A stretch of DNA of 56,685 nt, counting the filler, from Sphacelaria rigidula (lineage: Eukaryota), in the NCBI GenBank assembly GCA_964200075.2. It is 5 parts of 5 records of this genome, joined end to end, with 100 filler letters (N's around TTAATTAATTAA, not from the genome) between each part and the next. Parts side by side here need not be neighbours in the genome. Positions count along the whole stretch, not along the records: positions 45,431 to 56,685 come from CAXNAA020005159.1; 4 more parts are not named here. One strand, written 5' to 3'. Positions within the stretch are counted from its first letter, which is position 1. Every line of letters begins with the position of its first letter. Below the pieces are notes generated by a model. It searched no databases and was not told the origin of the DNA. It worked only from the letters and a program-made list of their open reading frames with translations. Both the position numbers and the translations under genes were made by a program. This document shows, in pieces, positions 54,921 to 56,685 of this stretch.

Positions 54921-56685
54921 CTGCCGTCAATTGTTTTACCGGGGAGCAGCAACAGCACGGCATTGGTTCAAACAGGAGTTTCAAAAAATGACAACAAAAC
55001 CTTCGTATGAAAACGAACGAAAGCCGAAATTGTAAAATATAGTAGACATTGATATCCGTCAAAATAACATCCGGGGAGATTTCCCCCCTCCCTCCCCCCG
55101 ATGAGGAGGGTGGAATATGACTGAGGTGAGACTCTGCCGAGAATTTCTGTTTTGTCTTCGCATGTGCTGTGCACGCCCCCGCATTTATTTGTTGCGTTGT
55201 TACGAGGTAAATCGAACACGACCTGGCCTCACGAGATCGCGACGGGCCCAAAGCCGAGTGCTTGAGGGAACACAAAACACAAAACCGCATCCCTTCCGTG
55301 AAACGTTTTGTTCCCGTCTACATTCCTCGATGTCGGGTCGTGTTAAGTGTTTCGTGATCCGCAATCCGTTCGCCGGGATTGATGAACACGACTGGTGTAG
55401 TCAAGCAAAGGACGCGGCCGAGCCGATGACGATGTAGAAGAGTATTATTATTTAGCCAGGCAAAGCAAAGAGGAGGAGGTGATGAGGTGGGCGCAAGCAC
55501 CAGGCCGACCACCTAGACAATACATTCGTGGGTCGTGGCGCCTACACATGCCACCTATGGTGGCAAATCCCACCGCATATAGTGGTCAAAACATGGAACA
55601 AAAAGGCCTGAGGACTGTGTCATCAGTACAGTACCGTACAATCTACTGATTAGCCTGTTCACTAGAACCGTTCGGTCTCTCTCGCGACAACGCAACAATC
55701 AAACGCCGAGGCGTGCCTGTCACATGCGGAGGTCAACATCTTGCCTACATCTGACAGTCATTTCACCTTCAGGGCGGGTGAAATCTCTGCAAACGTACCT
55801 ATAACGGGTATAATTTCTCACTTTATTGACAATTTGGATATATATATATATATGATACGTTTATTCTCATTCGAGAAGTTCGTTTCCATTGTTCACGACC
55901 CCTGTCTTTTGCTTGTGAAGTGTAAAGTTATGTTACATCGACCGACAGATGACTTGAGTTTTCAAGTTACTCTGCCTGCTCTTTGTCGTCTGGCATGGTT
56001 GCTCATGAGCGCATCATGGCGTTCAGCTGCTCCTTCGGCATCTTTGCTCGCACAAATATTTCAAACCAGCGTCCACAAAGTTTTCACCCGCGTTCACCGC
56101 ACCGGAGAATAGTTCATATCCCACGGCATTGGCAGGCGAGTTGGATCCACCACCAAGTACAAGCAAACGGTAATCAGGGTTGCTCTACAACTTACTGACT
56201 TGGGCGTACATAATGTTTCTTTCAACACTTTTTTACCCAGGGGATCCTCGCCGAGCCAGCAACTTAGGTGCCACGTGACAGAAGCGCTAGCAGTCCTCGG
56301 ATTAGGTTGAGAGATGAAGTCATTTGCCTCAGCTCACATCGAGCGTAAACTTCCCCGAAAATATGGGGTTATCCGGCAGGGTATTACGGATGAGGATTCC
56401 GTTTTCTTGTGTAGGTGTCAGTACCTGCTCACAAGTAAGTATCTAGGATTGTTTTTTGAGCCGGCTATATATAGCTACGCGAAAGAACTCCCCAGCATCT
56501 ACCCGTGTTCTCCGTTTTGTGGTGGCTGTGTACTCTGAGTGGAGTGCACGATTAAGGGATGAGACGTGCGTCCAGAGACATTTTGTCTTGTTTTTCCACG
56601 GCTGCGCGGCAGTGGTCGTGCTACTGAGTCATGCTACGATAGGGGGAGGGTGTACCCATGATCATGCACGCCATAGTCATAAGAC

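Overview
Eukaryotic, intron-rich, repeat-rich DNA, most consistent with a brown alga (Phaeophyceae); the taxon is inferred from gene and intron style. The window is not one locus. It is five unrelated contigs of near-identical, descending length (1-11258, 11359-22616, 22717-33974, 34075-45330, 45431-56685) joined by artificial 100-nt N44-TTAATTAATTAA-N44 spacers. Spliced genes reconstructed by hand: a complete 5-exon PDX2 (vitamin B6 glutaminase) carrying an unusual 79-aa insertion, convergent with the last two exons of an aminodeoxychorismate synthase (folate/pABA); five internal exons of a coiled-coil protein; the 5' end of a propionyl-CoA carboxylase beta subunit with no downstream exons found; and four exons of an antisense BART-domain gene. 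The rest is mostly mobile DNA: a decayed CRE-like non-LTR retrotransposon, a mariner remnant, tRNA-derived SINEs and many MITEs (piggyBac-like, hAT-like, TA-TSD, 4-bp-TSD). I found no convincing wholly new system. The best leads are the PDX2 insertion, the B6/B9 gene pair, a possible nested gene, a single in-frame TGA in a 1.2-kb frame, and TIRs that embed a tRNA-like module.
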